From: Octopus sinensis
Lineage: Eukaryota
Direction: 5' to 3'
DNA length: 64,000 bases
Assembly (NCBI RefSeq): GCF_006345805.1
Contig: NC_042999.1
Span: 87,234,001 to 87,298,000, forward strand
Shown in pieces: positions 1 to 12,201 of this stretch (position 1 is its first letter; each line of letters opens with the position of its first letter). Both the position numbers and the translations under genes were made by a program. The notes under the pieces are model-generated. The model saw only the letters and a program-made list of their open reading frames with translations, was not told the origin of the DNA and searched no databases.

Positions 1-11
1 TTAAAAAATAC

Positions 12-41
12 CTTAGTTATATAGTCAGTATCATCTTCCAT
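12..41 (-). CDS. Putative first coding exon (MEDDTDYITK) of a - strand gene leaving the window to the left
   Basis: Minus strand reads aaacaaaccATGGAAGATGATACTGACTATATAACTAAG|gtattt: strong Kozak context (A at -3, G at +4), 10 open codons, phase-0 GT donor. It lies in the CpG-retaining zone. The product cannot be identified from 10 aa. Confidence 0.5.
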
Positions 42-1042
42 GGTTTGTTTATCTATTATTGATTATACCGGTTTGCAGTTGGTTCGATACGATCAGCTCT
101 TGGGTGTCTTTTAGTTCGGTTCTGTTGTTTACAACCAGCAGTAGTTAGACGTCTACACTAGATGACTGTCACTCTGGCCGAGCTTTTCTTATCTTCCACC
201 TTTCTTCTTTTGACCTAGGCTTCCGTCTTTAAATTTTCCCCTTTTCAACCCTTTATTGATGTTATTATTTACATTACAATTACATACATTAAACAGCTTC
301 CGATAATTTGTTTTTTTAAATATACCATCATATTGATTTCATTTTTTTTTTTCATCTCCACCAATCCGTAAAAAAAAAGTGCTGCCCCCTGTTGTGTCTG
401 TATTTATGTATTTGTATGTATGTGTGTATATATTATATATATATACATGTTTGTGTTTGTTTATATGCATATTTTATTGAGTTGTCTCGCACTGAGTCAT
501 GTGTTGTCTAATATTTCTATTCTTCCTGTATATAAGCTCATCAGAGTATTACCAAATATTAATAGTTTTGTGTAATAAGCGTTCTACATTCTTTCTGTTC
601 ATCTCGTTTATTATAAAAATATTTGTATTAATCACGTGGCATGTTAAAGGTTTTAAAGTTAATTTTACTGTTATACACACGTATAATATATATTTTTTTG
701 CCGATCGACTATTGTGCATGTCTAGCTAGCTGTTAATGTCTATCGTATCTAATTGGATGTTTTATGAGAGCAGTGCATGTATATATATACTGACAGACTC
801 GATGTTTCAGCGGTTTTCATGGCCTATGTCTTGAGTAAGCATGACACACACACAAACACTTATATTTGTGTGTTTGTGTAAAGTGTGTGCGTGTGTTTGT
901 ACTTGCGTGCTCTGTCTCAAATACTAATTACTTATTCAGTTCTAGTAGTTTTTCTTTGTATATTTATTCATACTGCTATTGCCGTTCACTTCCTCCCTCC
1001 GTCACAATAATTACACAACTAATTTCCGCCTCTTGTGTGTGA

Positions 1043-1087
<45 letters not shown>

Positions 1088-1195
1088 TTTATGTATATAT
1101 GTATGTATATATATATATATATATATATAAATATTTATGTATATATGTATGTATATATATATATATATATATATATAAATATTTATGTATATATG

Positions 1196-1237
<42 letters not shown>

Positions 1238-1330
1238 TTTATGTATATATGTATGTATATATATATATATATAATAAATATTTATGTATATATGTATGTA
1301 TATATATATATAAATATTTATGTATATATG

Positions 1331-1362
<32 letters not shown>

Positions 1363-3400
1363 AATATTTATGTATATATGTATGTGTATATATATATATA
1401 TATAAATATTTATGTATATATGTATGTGTATATATATATATATATATAAATAAGTATTTATGTATATATGTATGTGTATATATATATATATATAAATATT
1501 TATGTATATATGTATGTGTATATATATATATTTATGTATATATATGTAATATATAAATATTTATGTATATATATGTATATATATATATGAATATTTATGT
1601 ATATATATGTATATATATATATAAATATTTGTGTATATGTATGTGTGTATACATATATAAATATTTATGTATGTGTATATATATATAAATATTTATGTAT
1701 ATATATATGTGTATATATATATATAAATATTTATGTATATATGTATGTGTATATATATATATAAATATTTATGTATATATGTTTGTGTGTATATGTATAT
1801 ATATTTATGTATATATGTATGTGTGTATATATACTTATGTATATATGTATGCGTGTGTATATATATTTATGTATATATATTTATATATATGTATATGTGT
1901 GTATATATTTATTTATGTATATATGTGTGTATATATATATTTATGTATATATCATATTTGTGTATATATATATATTTATATATATATATATATAAACATG
2001 CAGAAAATAGTTATATACATGTATTGAACGCATACATGTGTGTGAATGTATATTGTGTGTATACATACGTACACCAAATAGATGCATGGAATAGCTATAT
2101 AATACTTTTGATATATATTTTCTATTTAGAATTATAATTTAAATCAAATTTCGCTTCGTAATAAAATAAAAATTTATATTTAATCAGAGATTTCTGTTTT
2201 GCATTGTGATGGGAGACTGCTTATTTGTTATAAAAAGGGGAAAAAAAAAAAAAAAAAAGGAGCAAATTAGAAAAGACAACAACATGGAAATATAGCCATT
2301 TTCTCATAAGCTATCTGTATAGCGATGGTTTTTATGAATAAAAACAACAGCAGAATCCATATTGTTTAGGGTACCTTTAACTTTTCATCATATCCTATAT
2401 TCTCGTAACTTTTTCTCGTCCGAATCAAACTAGTTATTTATTGATATAACCATAAAAATCTTTATTTAGATCTTTTTGAGAGTTTTCCGATTTGATGACT
2501 GTAAGAAAGTCGATAATCGAGAAAATATTTGCTATCGTTTATTTATATAAAAATCTAAACTATTTATAAAAGTAAAAATATATATATGAAAAAAAGAATT
2601 TAAAAAAAGCAGGTTTTCTTTTCGTATATTTCTCGGGTCAAATGTATTTTTTAAAGAGTAGGAAAATTTCTATCCTGATCCCATTAACAAAGAGGTTTTT
2701 ATTTGTTTATTTAGGCCACATCCTGTAGATGCCGATCTTTCATTTTAACTTTGACGCAAAGGTAGGTGTGAATGTTTTTTCTTTTTGTCCCCTCGTTTCC
2801 TTTATCCTTGAACGTATAGAGACGCTAAAATGAATTTCGACATGAATCGAACTCGAAACCATGAATAGTTCGTTGTCTGCTAAATCTGAGCCACCGCCCA
2901 TCCATTGATAAAAGCGGAATGTCAGCTCTCTCCCCTGAGGACTAACTTCGACTGGATGTGAGATATTTGATAAGAACATTAGTTTCGTAGCTCCTCAGTA
3001 CACCTATCTGAACATTAAAAAGATTAAATATACTTTATTCTCTTAGAATATGTTGTATAAATTCTTTATATAAATGTTGCGATAGTGAAATGTCAACACT
3101 ATTCCCGGTACCAAACTTTCGCGAACCCTTTCATCTGTTTTGTAGAATTTTGATTCCTTCTTTGTTCTCCAGTTTTTTTTTTAAAGTTCGAGAACCGAAT
3201 CTGTTTTCAGTTCATAATCTTTTTCCTATACTTACTTCCTTGTTTTAAATAAACCTATACCGTATATAGTCTGTTACCGTTTCATTTGATTTCTTGTAAC
3301 TTTAAATTTTCAATAAAAGCTACCATCATTACATCCTGTTCTTTAACCTTCAGACTTTTCTGCATTAGCAAATGTTTCTTTTTCAAGATACAACTTTTAT
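42..3400. promoter_or_regulatory. Candidate divergent (head-to-head) promoter / 5'UTR zone
   Basis: CpG dinucleotides are visibly retained in non-repeat sequence here and become rare after about 3.4 kb (qualitative). The zone is bracketed by a - strand ATG exon (41) and a + strand donor-like AAG|GTAGGT at 2761/2762. Confidence 0.4.
1035..2060. repeat. Complex (TA)n microsatellite/minisatellite, unit about ATAAATATTTATGTATATATGTATGTGTATATATAT
   Basis: Directly visible tandem array; it explains the Y/I/C/V-rich ORFs at 979-2137. Confidence 0.95.
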
Positions 3401-6400
3401 CATTTGTCTTTTAGTCGGGTTATATTCGGAAGCTTTCAAGTGCTTATTAAAAATATACTTTGTCACCATTTCATTTATAGCAGCTCATCCTTTTTTTGTT
3501 ACCTTTTCTGTTTCAAATGAAATTTTAGTTGTACTGCTTCTCTGTTGAATGCACTGCAAAACTATTTTTGATGTTTTATTTCTTTATGCCAATAAATTTT
3601 CCAGCATTGTTTATTTTAATTCTTAAATAGATCTTGTCAGTTTGAGCAATTTATTATTACACCTCAGTGAAAATTGTAGTCTATTCATTTTGACTAGCTT
3701 ATATATTTATTTCTGAATTAAGTTTTAATTTAAGTTTATATCTTAATATATTGATATTGCTTTGTTATGGTTAGTATAGTAGTGTAATATCTGAAAAGAT
3801 AGCAATGAGTTGAGTCTTTCTAAAATTGTTGTAGTCCACTTAGATTTTATTTATATGCTGAAAGGATCTATATCACTCATTAATAAACATAGAAAAGTGA
3901 GCCTAGGATTTGAGATTTCTTAAATTACACTTCAAAAGAAATCTCATTATGGATTAAGAAGTCATGAAGTCATGTTAGAAGTCATGAAATCTTAAAGTAG
4001 TATAAAATTTCATAACTCATTGATTGAATTTTATACATTTGCCATGTCATGTTCCTGCTTCTCAGAATTAGATTACGCAGTTTTTGTATACATAACAGAT
4101 TATGCGGTTTTTGTACACTTTGTAAAAGGTCTATCAATTACCTACATCAGTATATGGTATGGAGGACGTTTTACTCTTGTTGAGAACATGATGATCTCTC
4201 TAGCACTGGTGCCACAATAAAATATACCCTGTACAATCTGTGAAGTAGTTAGTTTCAGGAATGGTATCCAGCCATAGAACCCTTGTCAAAATTGGAATGT
4301 TCGAGTGAGTTGTAGTCCTATGAATTATCTAACTTCAAATTAGGAATGACTTGGACCATGAAGACCTGTTCAGCTTCAGCCAGTATGGAAAGCGTTTGTA
4401 AAATGATGATGATATACACATAGTTTAGGGTTGCAGCAAGTGTCATAAGATATTTAGCTTTGTGCCAGTTTTATTTCCTGTTCTTAATTGTATGCTAAAA
4501 AGGCTAGGTTTGTTGTTTTGATTGATCCATTTTGTCATGCAATGGAGTTAGTAATGGCCTACTGTAAATCTTTGCTGTCACTTTTGATTTATGTAGAGCA
4601 TTGGTTCTCTACCATTTTTTTTACCTATGGATCCCCTTTGATTCCTGTTTTAGTTGGGTAGACTCTTGTATCGATTGATATTTGAAAAATCCTATTATAT
4701 TTTTGTGATTAAACATTATTAGGAATTGTATAAAAAATTATTTAAATATTCTGTGTGTTGTAGACCTATAATCAATTCATTGCATGTAACCGTTAACAAA
4801 AAAATCTTATATAGACCCTGCAGGGGTCATATGGTCCATGGCCGAGAACCGCTAATGTAGAGCAGGAAAGATTGTAGTTGAATTGGGTAAAGTGGACTTT
4901 TATGTGAGAAGAGGGTGATTTGACCTGGCAACTATTTTGTTAGCAGGTTGAGCGACCATGTAATTAATTCCCTCGTTGGTTTGCCTCAAGATTTATTTAA
5001 ATGGGTCATCAGGTTAGTACTTTTTTCAATCTGTAGAGGAAATTGATGTAATGACTATTTTACTATGTATGTTTTGTTTGTCTGGTTCCTGAATAGTGGT
5101 GTAATAGTGTTCTGTTTTCAAGCAGTTGTATAATTAATGATGTGTAAGATGGGAAAGACTGTGGCAGCAAATTGTACCTCTTAGAGATGGTCTTTGAATT
5201 GTATTAATCTGCTTTTTTTTCTTCTTTTTCTTTGTGATGGATGTGGTGTGTTAGAGTGTTAGGAATATTGTTTTGAATAGTATTAATTCAAACTTGGTAT
5301 AGTTCATGTGGCAACAAAAGCTCTGTTTTTAAATGTAATTTGATTTTCTTAGGTTTTACTCTATATGTGTTGTTTTATTGTTGCAGTGTGTTAATGTAAA
5401 TGGCATTGATATGTTGTGATTCTTAGAAATGTGGTACCTTGAGTCGTAGTGACAATGTTCAGTGCAGTGTGGTGCAGAATACATGTTAATGGTATGCATT
5501 TGTTTAGTGTAACTAATCACTTTATATGAAGCTTGCACATGAGGTCTTAAATTGGAGTTAGTAATTATGGGATACTATTAGTTGGAATTCATATCCAAAT
5601 GACTATACTCAGAAACTAGGATGTGTCCTGTTACTGTTGTGATTTGAAAACATCAGCTTCAGCTATTAGTCACATTGCTCATTTTGGATCCTGTATACCC
5701 TGTCCTCTTTGGTGTGAGCTCATAAGATATATATGTAGCTTCTATAAACATAGAAATAGATTAAGTTGTTCTGAGGATGCAGTGGGGTGATGACCACATG
5801 CCTCATGATCACTACAGACAAGGAGGTATCTTGGGACTGACTAGGACACTGCTTAGAGGGTTGCCTGAGACAAATCAAGAAGATCTAACAAATAATGGAT
5901 GCAATGATGTGCTGCAGTGGCACATGCCCCCATACCTGACCTCTGTAATATGGGATGATGTTATTGTAATGACAGGAGTTTGAAAGTTATTCATAAAGAA
6001 ACTCCAGAAGATGCATCCTTGCATGTGTTTCTTTCTGAACTGTATTTAAAAGTCAGGGATCTATGAAGTTTGATTGGGGTATGTAAGGCCTGGAGTCCTG
6101 AGACTTAGTTATTCAGTAATCAGATGTGGTGGTTTCGGGAATGAAAAGTTTTACTAATGTTACTTAGGCATTTAATCTTACTCTGTAAGTTTATAGAAGC
6201 TACATATATCTTATGAGCTCATACTGACATGTGTGCATGCCCACATACACATGCACAACTAATAGTTTAAACCCTGCTACTGGTATTGAGTGATAACTGT
6301 TGTGTGTTGGCACCAGAAAGTATAGGTTGGCACTTTCATTATACATAATCAATTATACGAATCAATTAAAATAATAAATAGATAATGACTTCAGTTCATT

Positions 6401-7244
6401 TTCATATTTCCTGATAAACATTCGACACTTGAAATTTGAGCCATGGATAAGTAATTGAATCAATAGGATATTGAGGTGTTATTTAACGAGGTGGGAGGTC
6501 ATGTTATATAAACATTACTGCATTAGGCCTAATGGCCATATGTATCTATTTCAAAGCTGGTAGAGCAGTCTGGAAGGGCCCATATTGAAAAGCAGAAGCA
6601 TCATTGTAGAATAAATAATTAATGCATAATCTTATAATTTTGAATTTGAGTCTGCCAGTGTAAAGGACCAAAATACAAAGCACATCCTTACTTTCTCAGT
6701 ATTATTTTGAGTTGGAATTGAAATTAAATGATTTAAAGTGTAGCTTCTTAGAAGTGTTAATTAACTAAATTTTAAAAAAAGCTTCATGGAATTTTAAAAT
6801 CTGTATTGACACCATAACTTTCTAGCTATGGAGGTACATGGCATCTTCACACCTGTTAATAATTTCATGAGATATAATTAGCATACAGTAGATTAGCACA
6901 GGCCATATCTCTTTAGGTATGGTCATAGTATGATTTAAAGTCAACACTGCAAACTAACCAAATACTCAGGTGTCTTCTGCTATGGCTTGGCTACAGCCTT
7001 GTGAATGAATTTGGTCCTAGTCTTGACATTATATGGTGCTAAGTGGTGTAGACAAACATCTCCGTCATACAAGCAGTAAGATTACAAGTTGTGTAATCTT
7101 ACTGCTTGGATTATTATTGTTATTATTTTTATTTTATGCCTTCTTTTGTTCAGTTTGAAATCCATAAAAAACATCTTACTAAGAGACAAGTGAGTGTTAG
7201 TGATAAGAAGAGCACCACAGTTTAGAAAAATCTAGCTAAAAATG

Positions 7245-7502
7245 ATGGGCCTCCGTGCCGGTGGCACGTAAAAAGCACCATCCGACTGTGGCCGTTTGCC
7301 AGCCCTGTCTGGCACCTGCGCTGGTGGCACGTAAAAAGCACCCACTACACTCACGGAGTGGTTGGCGTTAGGAAGGGCATCCAGCCGTAGAAACATTGCC
7401 AGATCAGACTGGGCCTGGTGCAACCTTCTGGCTTCCCAGACCCCAGTTGAACCGTCCAACCCATGCTAGCATGGAAAGCGGACGCTAAACGATGATGATG
7501 AT
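7245..7502 (+). mobile_element. Family A non-autonomous retro-repeat (RTE-type 3' tail ending in (GAT)n)
   Basis: GTGCCGGTGGCACGTAAAAAGCACC units, GGAGTGGTTGGCGTTAGGAAGGGCATCCAG core, CCATGCTAGCATGG palindrome and (GAT)n tail, all shared with about 19 copies in the window. Confidence 0.85.
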
Positions 7503-7520
7503 TTGTGTATGTGTTGCTCT

Positions 7521-7680
7521 GGTGCCGGTGGTACCCACTACACTCTCAGAGTTGTTGGCATTAGGAAAGGCGTCCAGCTGTAGATTGGAGCCTGGTGCGG
7601 CCTCCTGGCTTTCCAGACCTCAGACACCGTCCAGCTCATGCCAGCTTGAAAAATGGATGTTAAATGACATGATGATGATA
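7521..7680 (+). mobile_element. Family A copy (5'-truncated, tandem with the previous copy)
   Basis: Same core and (GAT)n tail. Confidence 0.8.
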
Positions 7681-8344
7681 TATATATATATATATATATT
7701 GGAAACACCAGTTTGCAATATTTTTCACCAGAAAGGGGAATTATAATTGTCACTAAATGTGACTAAGATGTTAGAAACACTTACATTGCTAGAGATAAGG
7801 GCTAAAATGCTCTAATGCTGTAGTCAGCATACATAAATGTAGATATATAATAATACACTAATGGGGATCTTCATTGTCTGAAAAATGCTGTCCGAGAATT
7901 CCCAATACTGATGTCAGTTTCGGCAATTTCTGTTGCCTCATCAGTTGGGACTTGCTTGAATTTCGGCTCTTTTCGGACTCACTTCTCTAATAATAGATAT
8001 ATTTTCAGATGATTAAAATCCCTGTAAGTGTACATGCTTACATTTATGTGCGTTGACAACGGCATTAGAGCATTTTAGCTCTAATTTCTAGCAATATAGG
8101 TTTTTTAACACCCTAATCACATTTAGTGACAATTATGTGTGTGTGTGTGATATATGTAGATATGAATATAAAATTTTATGCATAACACATACATTTTCTG
8201 TTGAAAAGGATTTTTTAAAACTTGATACTTATGCTAGAATTTGTATTTATATATGTTTTAAGATACTCAAAAATTCTTATGACATCAATTGTATATATAT
8301 ATATATATACACACACACACATGTAAATATATATGTAACTAGTG

Positions 8345-8600
8345 AAGGTGTATAGCTTAGTGGTTAGGGTAATCGGCTCACAATTGTAATGTCTTCATTT
8401 CCAAATCTGGTGGTGCATTGTGTTCTTCAGCAGGCACTCTTTTTACATTGCTCCAGTTCACTCAGTTGGCAAAATTGAGTAGTACCTGTAATTCAAAGGG
8501 CCAGTCTTGTCACATTCTGTGTTACACTGAATCGCCATGTAAACTATGTTAAGGGTACACGTGTCTATGCATGTTAATTTCTCAAACAGGCTATTCTGTT
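8345..8600 (+). mobile_element. Degenerate tRNA-derived SINE (family D)
   Basis: tRNA-like head with A-box-like TAGCTTAGTGGTTAG, followed by a body TTGCTCCAGTTCACTCAGTTGGCAAAATTGAGTAGTACC resembling conserved invertebrate SINE central domains. Confidence 0.55.
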
Positions 8601-8690
8601 GCTCGTATCAACTGGAATCCTCGATGTTGTAACTGACGGAGTGCCATGTGTAACTATACACATACACACACACATATATATATATGTATA

Positions 8691-9196
8691 TCTATATATA
8701 TAAAGCTCTAGTTGTGTGAGTGTCTGTCCCCTTCGATTTAGATTCCTAACTCCTCCCACATTTTGCGGTGCAGTTTAACCAAATTCGGGTATCTTATAGT
8801 CGTGATTCATATCGAGCCCGTCTGACTATTAGCGCGCGTCAACGATGAGTCTACGATTTTAAAAATAATTTAACATCATTTTTTATTCCATTTTAATGCA
8901 TAAAATGCATCGTGTGTCGATGGCGGCGGAGTTGGCGTCCACGCTCACAGCTGCACCTGTTTGCTTCTCCCCCTTCCCTCCCTCGTGAAGCTGTGGGGAA
9001 GGGAGTGTAAAGAAATCAACGTCGTAATGCGTTGTGAAGGAAACCAGCGTTCTTTTAGAACAACGACTTCATGGCTTGAAGACACCAAAACAAAAATGGC
9101 TAAGAAAGCCCGAATTTATAAGGGAAGTAACTCTCTAAAAATGCTTATATAGTTATTTCCCTTACAAACCCGAGGAACGCCGGGCGATACTGCTAG
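8691..9196 (+). mobile_element. Non-autonomous Helitron
   Basis: 5' A|TCTATATATATAAAG; 3' CCCG...CGGG hairpin (9169-9184) then CTAG|T (9193-9196); homologous to 19059-19453. Confidence 0.8.
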
Positions 9197-9222
9197 TATA
9201 TATATATATATATATATATATG

Positions 9223-9590
9223 CTTCTGTGCCGGTGGCACATAAATAGCACCATTCGAGCGTGATTGTTACCAGCGTCGCCTTACTGGCACGTAAAAAAA
9301 CATTCGAGCGAAGTCATTGCCAATGTTGCTGGACTGGCTCCTGTGCAGGTGGCATGTAAAAAACAACCATTTGAGCGTGGCTGTTGCCAGTACCGCTTGA
9401 CAGGCCCTCGTGCTGGTGGCACGTAAACGCACCCACTACACTCTCGGAGTGGTTGGCGTTAGGAAGGGCATCCAGCTGTAGAAACTCTGTCAGATCAGAT
9501 TGGAGCCTGGTGCATCCATCTGGTTCGCCAGTCCTCAGTCAAATCGTCTAACCCATGCTAGCATGGAAAGCGGACGTTAAACAATGTTGA
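9223..9590 (+). mobile_element. Family A copy with expanded internal ~60-bp units
   Basis: Four TGGCAC..AAA units, then the standard core and tail. Confidence 0.85.
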
Positions 9591-9727
9591 TATATATTTA
9601 TATGTATGTATATGTACATATATATATATATATAAATATACACACACACACACGTGTATATGCATGTGTGTGTATGTATATATATACACATATATGCATA
9701 TATGTATGTATATATACACATATATGC

Positions 9728-9760
<33 letters not shown>

Positions 9761-9981
9761 TATGTGCATATATATACATATATATATACATTTAAATATA
9801 TTTAAGTATATATATATACATTTAAATATATTTATGTATGTATATATATATATATATATTAAGATGATCTGGTTCTTGACTGATGACTGAGGGCTTCGAA
9901 TGTCCCGTCCTGTGGTTCTTGTGTCGTCTCTGTGGTGTTTCATGTTCTTGTCCATGTCTGTAATTAATGTTACTGTTTACC

Positions 9982-10017
<36 letters not shown>

Positions 10018-10440
10018 ATATACATTTAAATATGTATGTGTGTATATAAATATATATATATACATATATATATATAAATATATATATATACATTTAAATA
10101 TGTATGTGTGTATATAAATATATATATATACACATATATGCATATATATATATATATATATACATTTAAATATATGTGTGTATATAAATATATATATACA
10201 TATATATATAAATATATATATATACATTAAATATGTATGTGTGTATATAAATATATATATATACATATATATATATAAATATATATATATACATTTAATA
10301 TATGTGTGTATATAAATATATATATACATATATATATATAAATATATATATATGCATTTAAATATATATACATTTAAATATATATGTGTGTATATAAATA
10401 TATATACATATATATATATATATATTATATATATATAATA
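9590..10440. repeat. (TA)/(CA)-rich microsatellite and CATTTAAATAT-containing minisatellite, interrupted by a non-satellite segment at 9860-9980
   Basis: Visible tandem arrays; they explain the Y/I-rich ORFs at 9548-10603. Confidence 0.9.
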
Positions 10441-12130
10441 TCCTGAAACCCATACTCTCCACCTTTCCTGGACATGTCAAGAACTCCAACGATGTCATCA
10501 AAAGACTGTGCCAATTGCTCCTAGACCAACTCAGGCAAAACAGATATGCTCCAGCACACTTGGTGGTCAACCTATTGACTGACTGCGTAATAGCACCCGA
10601 CATCCAATGCTTTGGAGTTACCGCAGCTAATATGCATCAACTTTTGTCCATCATCATGGACAACACCTACTTCTTTTTCCAGGACCACATATACAAACAG
10701 ACAACGGGTCTCCCCATGGGATCCAATCTCTTGTCCTATTAGCTATCACTTACATGAACCATCTGGAACAGCGAGCACTCAACATCTGCTGCTCATGTGC
10801 CTTCTTCACCAGATATGTAGATGACATCCTCATATTCACATCCTCCCGTGAAGAGGCTGACTGAATATTCACGATGTTCAATAACATGGGCATGAATTTA
10901 AAGTTCACTATAGAACATCCCGGCATCACTGGATCGCTATCACTACTTGACTTCAAACTGAATATAATGGAAGAAGGGGAGATCCACACCGAGTTCTACA
11001 GGAAAGCAGCCAGTAGATATATGTTTGTCCAGTACAATTCAGCACTACCACTTGGTGCCAAAATAGGATACGCCAGAAATGAACTTGCACACATCCAGGG
11101 TAAGTGCAGCAGAATGAAGGACAAAGTAACCCAGACTACACGCTTCCTAGACATATTGAAAACCAACGGGTACCCTAAATCCATTGTAAATCAGATTAAG
11201 TACCCAAGACAACCAACACGCCGAACACATAGGAAATCCAGCAAAACATGCTTCCTTAAAATACCCCATTTTAGCGAGAGGATAACTACATGCATCCGAA
11301 GAGTCATAAGAAGAGAAGGGTTAGACATAGAACTAGCCCACTCTGGCCCCTCTCTGAGAGGACACCTCACTAAGAAACCAACAAGGGACAACAATCAATG
11401 TACACTAACAAACTGTCCCATCCGTGACACAGATTCATGCCAATGGGCAAATGTTGTGTATAGAATACAATGTAACAAATGCAACAAGTTCTATGTAGGT
11501 AGCACAACAAGACTGTTACACATCCGCATCAAAGAATATCTGAATACGCGAGCTTCCTCCTTCAGAAAACATCAAGACAGATGCCAGAACACTGACAAAA
11601 GCATAACAGTCACAACTGAGGCCAATAAAAGAAATTTGGGTAATTTAAGAATTAAGGAAGCTATACTCATTGACAGACTAGGGCCCCAAATTAACAGGCT
11701 GGAGGTTGGTAACCAATACATTATTTAGATACATCAGGGTGCATGTAGGTTCATTTTTGATAATATTCTCATCTGTTGTTTATAACAAAAAAAAAGGAAG
11801 CTGCACGTATAATACGTAATTTAGAAGCAGCGCTACGGATGTACCAGCAGACATGAGATTGAGACATGGCTGACATCACACACTTCTAATGAGGAATTTG
11901 GGAAGGAGCATTGTGAGACCACTACTGAGATGCTTCCACAAAATAAAAAAGAAAAGCTGTTAGAAAACCGATTATAGCAGTGACTCCATCTAAGAATATC
12001 TGAAGAAGAAATATTATTCTGAAATATCATATTAGACTATGGATGACGAAATTACAACAGGTATATAGCCGATTGTCTATATTTTAGTGCATTGTTGTAC
12101 CATTCAAAACTTTTTATTCTTTACATATCT
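10441..12130 (+). mobile_element. Degenerate Penelope-like retroelement (RT followed by C-terminal GIY-YIG endonuclease, plus 3' pLTR)
   Basis: RT motifs YKQTTGLPMGSN, then after a frameshift FFTRYVDDILIF, LKFTIE, LSLLDF and FYRK. GIY-YIG motif VVYRIQCNKCNKFYVGSTTRLLHIRIKEY and LRIKEAILI. One frameshift and one in-frame TGA disrupt the ORF. A hammerhead motif lies at 11995-12033. Confidence 0.9.
11995..12033 (+). ncRNA. Minimal type I hammerhead ribozyme motif in the PLE 3' pLTR
   Basis: AATAT-CTGAAGA-AGAA(ATATTA)TTCT-GAAA-TA-TC-ATATT: stem I 5 bp, stem II 4 bp, palindromic ATAT stem III, AUC cleavage triplet. Confidence 0.65.
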
Positions 12131-12201
12131 ATATCTATATATATATACACATGCATATATATATATATATACATTTAAATATGTATATATATAATGTGTA
12201 T

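Noticed and set aside
979-2137. Long Y/I/C/V/M-rich ORFs (also at 9548-10603, 12194-12536, 20910-21233 and 22399-22711)
   Set aside because: These are stop-free translations of (TA)/(TG)/(CA) microsatellites, with no splice context or domain similarity.
2740-2979. 79-aa - strand ORF
   Set aside because: No recognisable motif, starts at an alternative codon, and the region fits a + strand UTR or promoter better.
9223-9440. CRISPR-like repeat-spacer appearance of hairpin units in family A
   Set aside because: The spacers are homologous to each other, the units are embedded in a retro-repeat with a (GAT)n tail, there are no cas genes, and the context is eukaryotic.
9878-9910. CTGATGA...GAA as another hammerhead (also CTGATGA/CTGAAGA hits near 540, 5007, 37622, 51583 and 60495)
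   Set aside because: No stem II with a correctly placed GAAA, or no stem I and NUH, could be formed.
10861-10864. In-frame TGA in the PLE RT as selenocysteine (as in Naiad PLEs)
   Set aside because: Best explained as CGA to TGA CpG decay. The element also has a frameshift and a C-terminal endonuclease, whereas selenoprotein-encoding Naiads have an N-terminal one.
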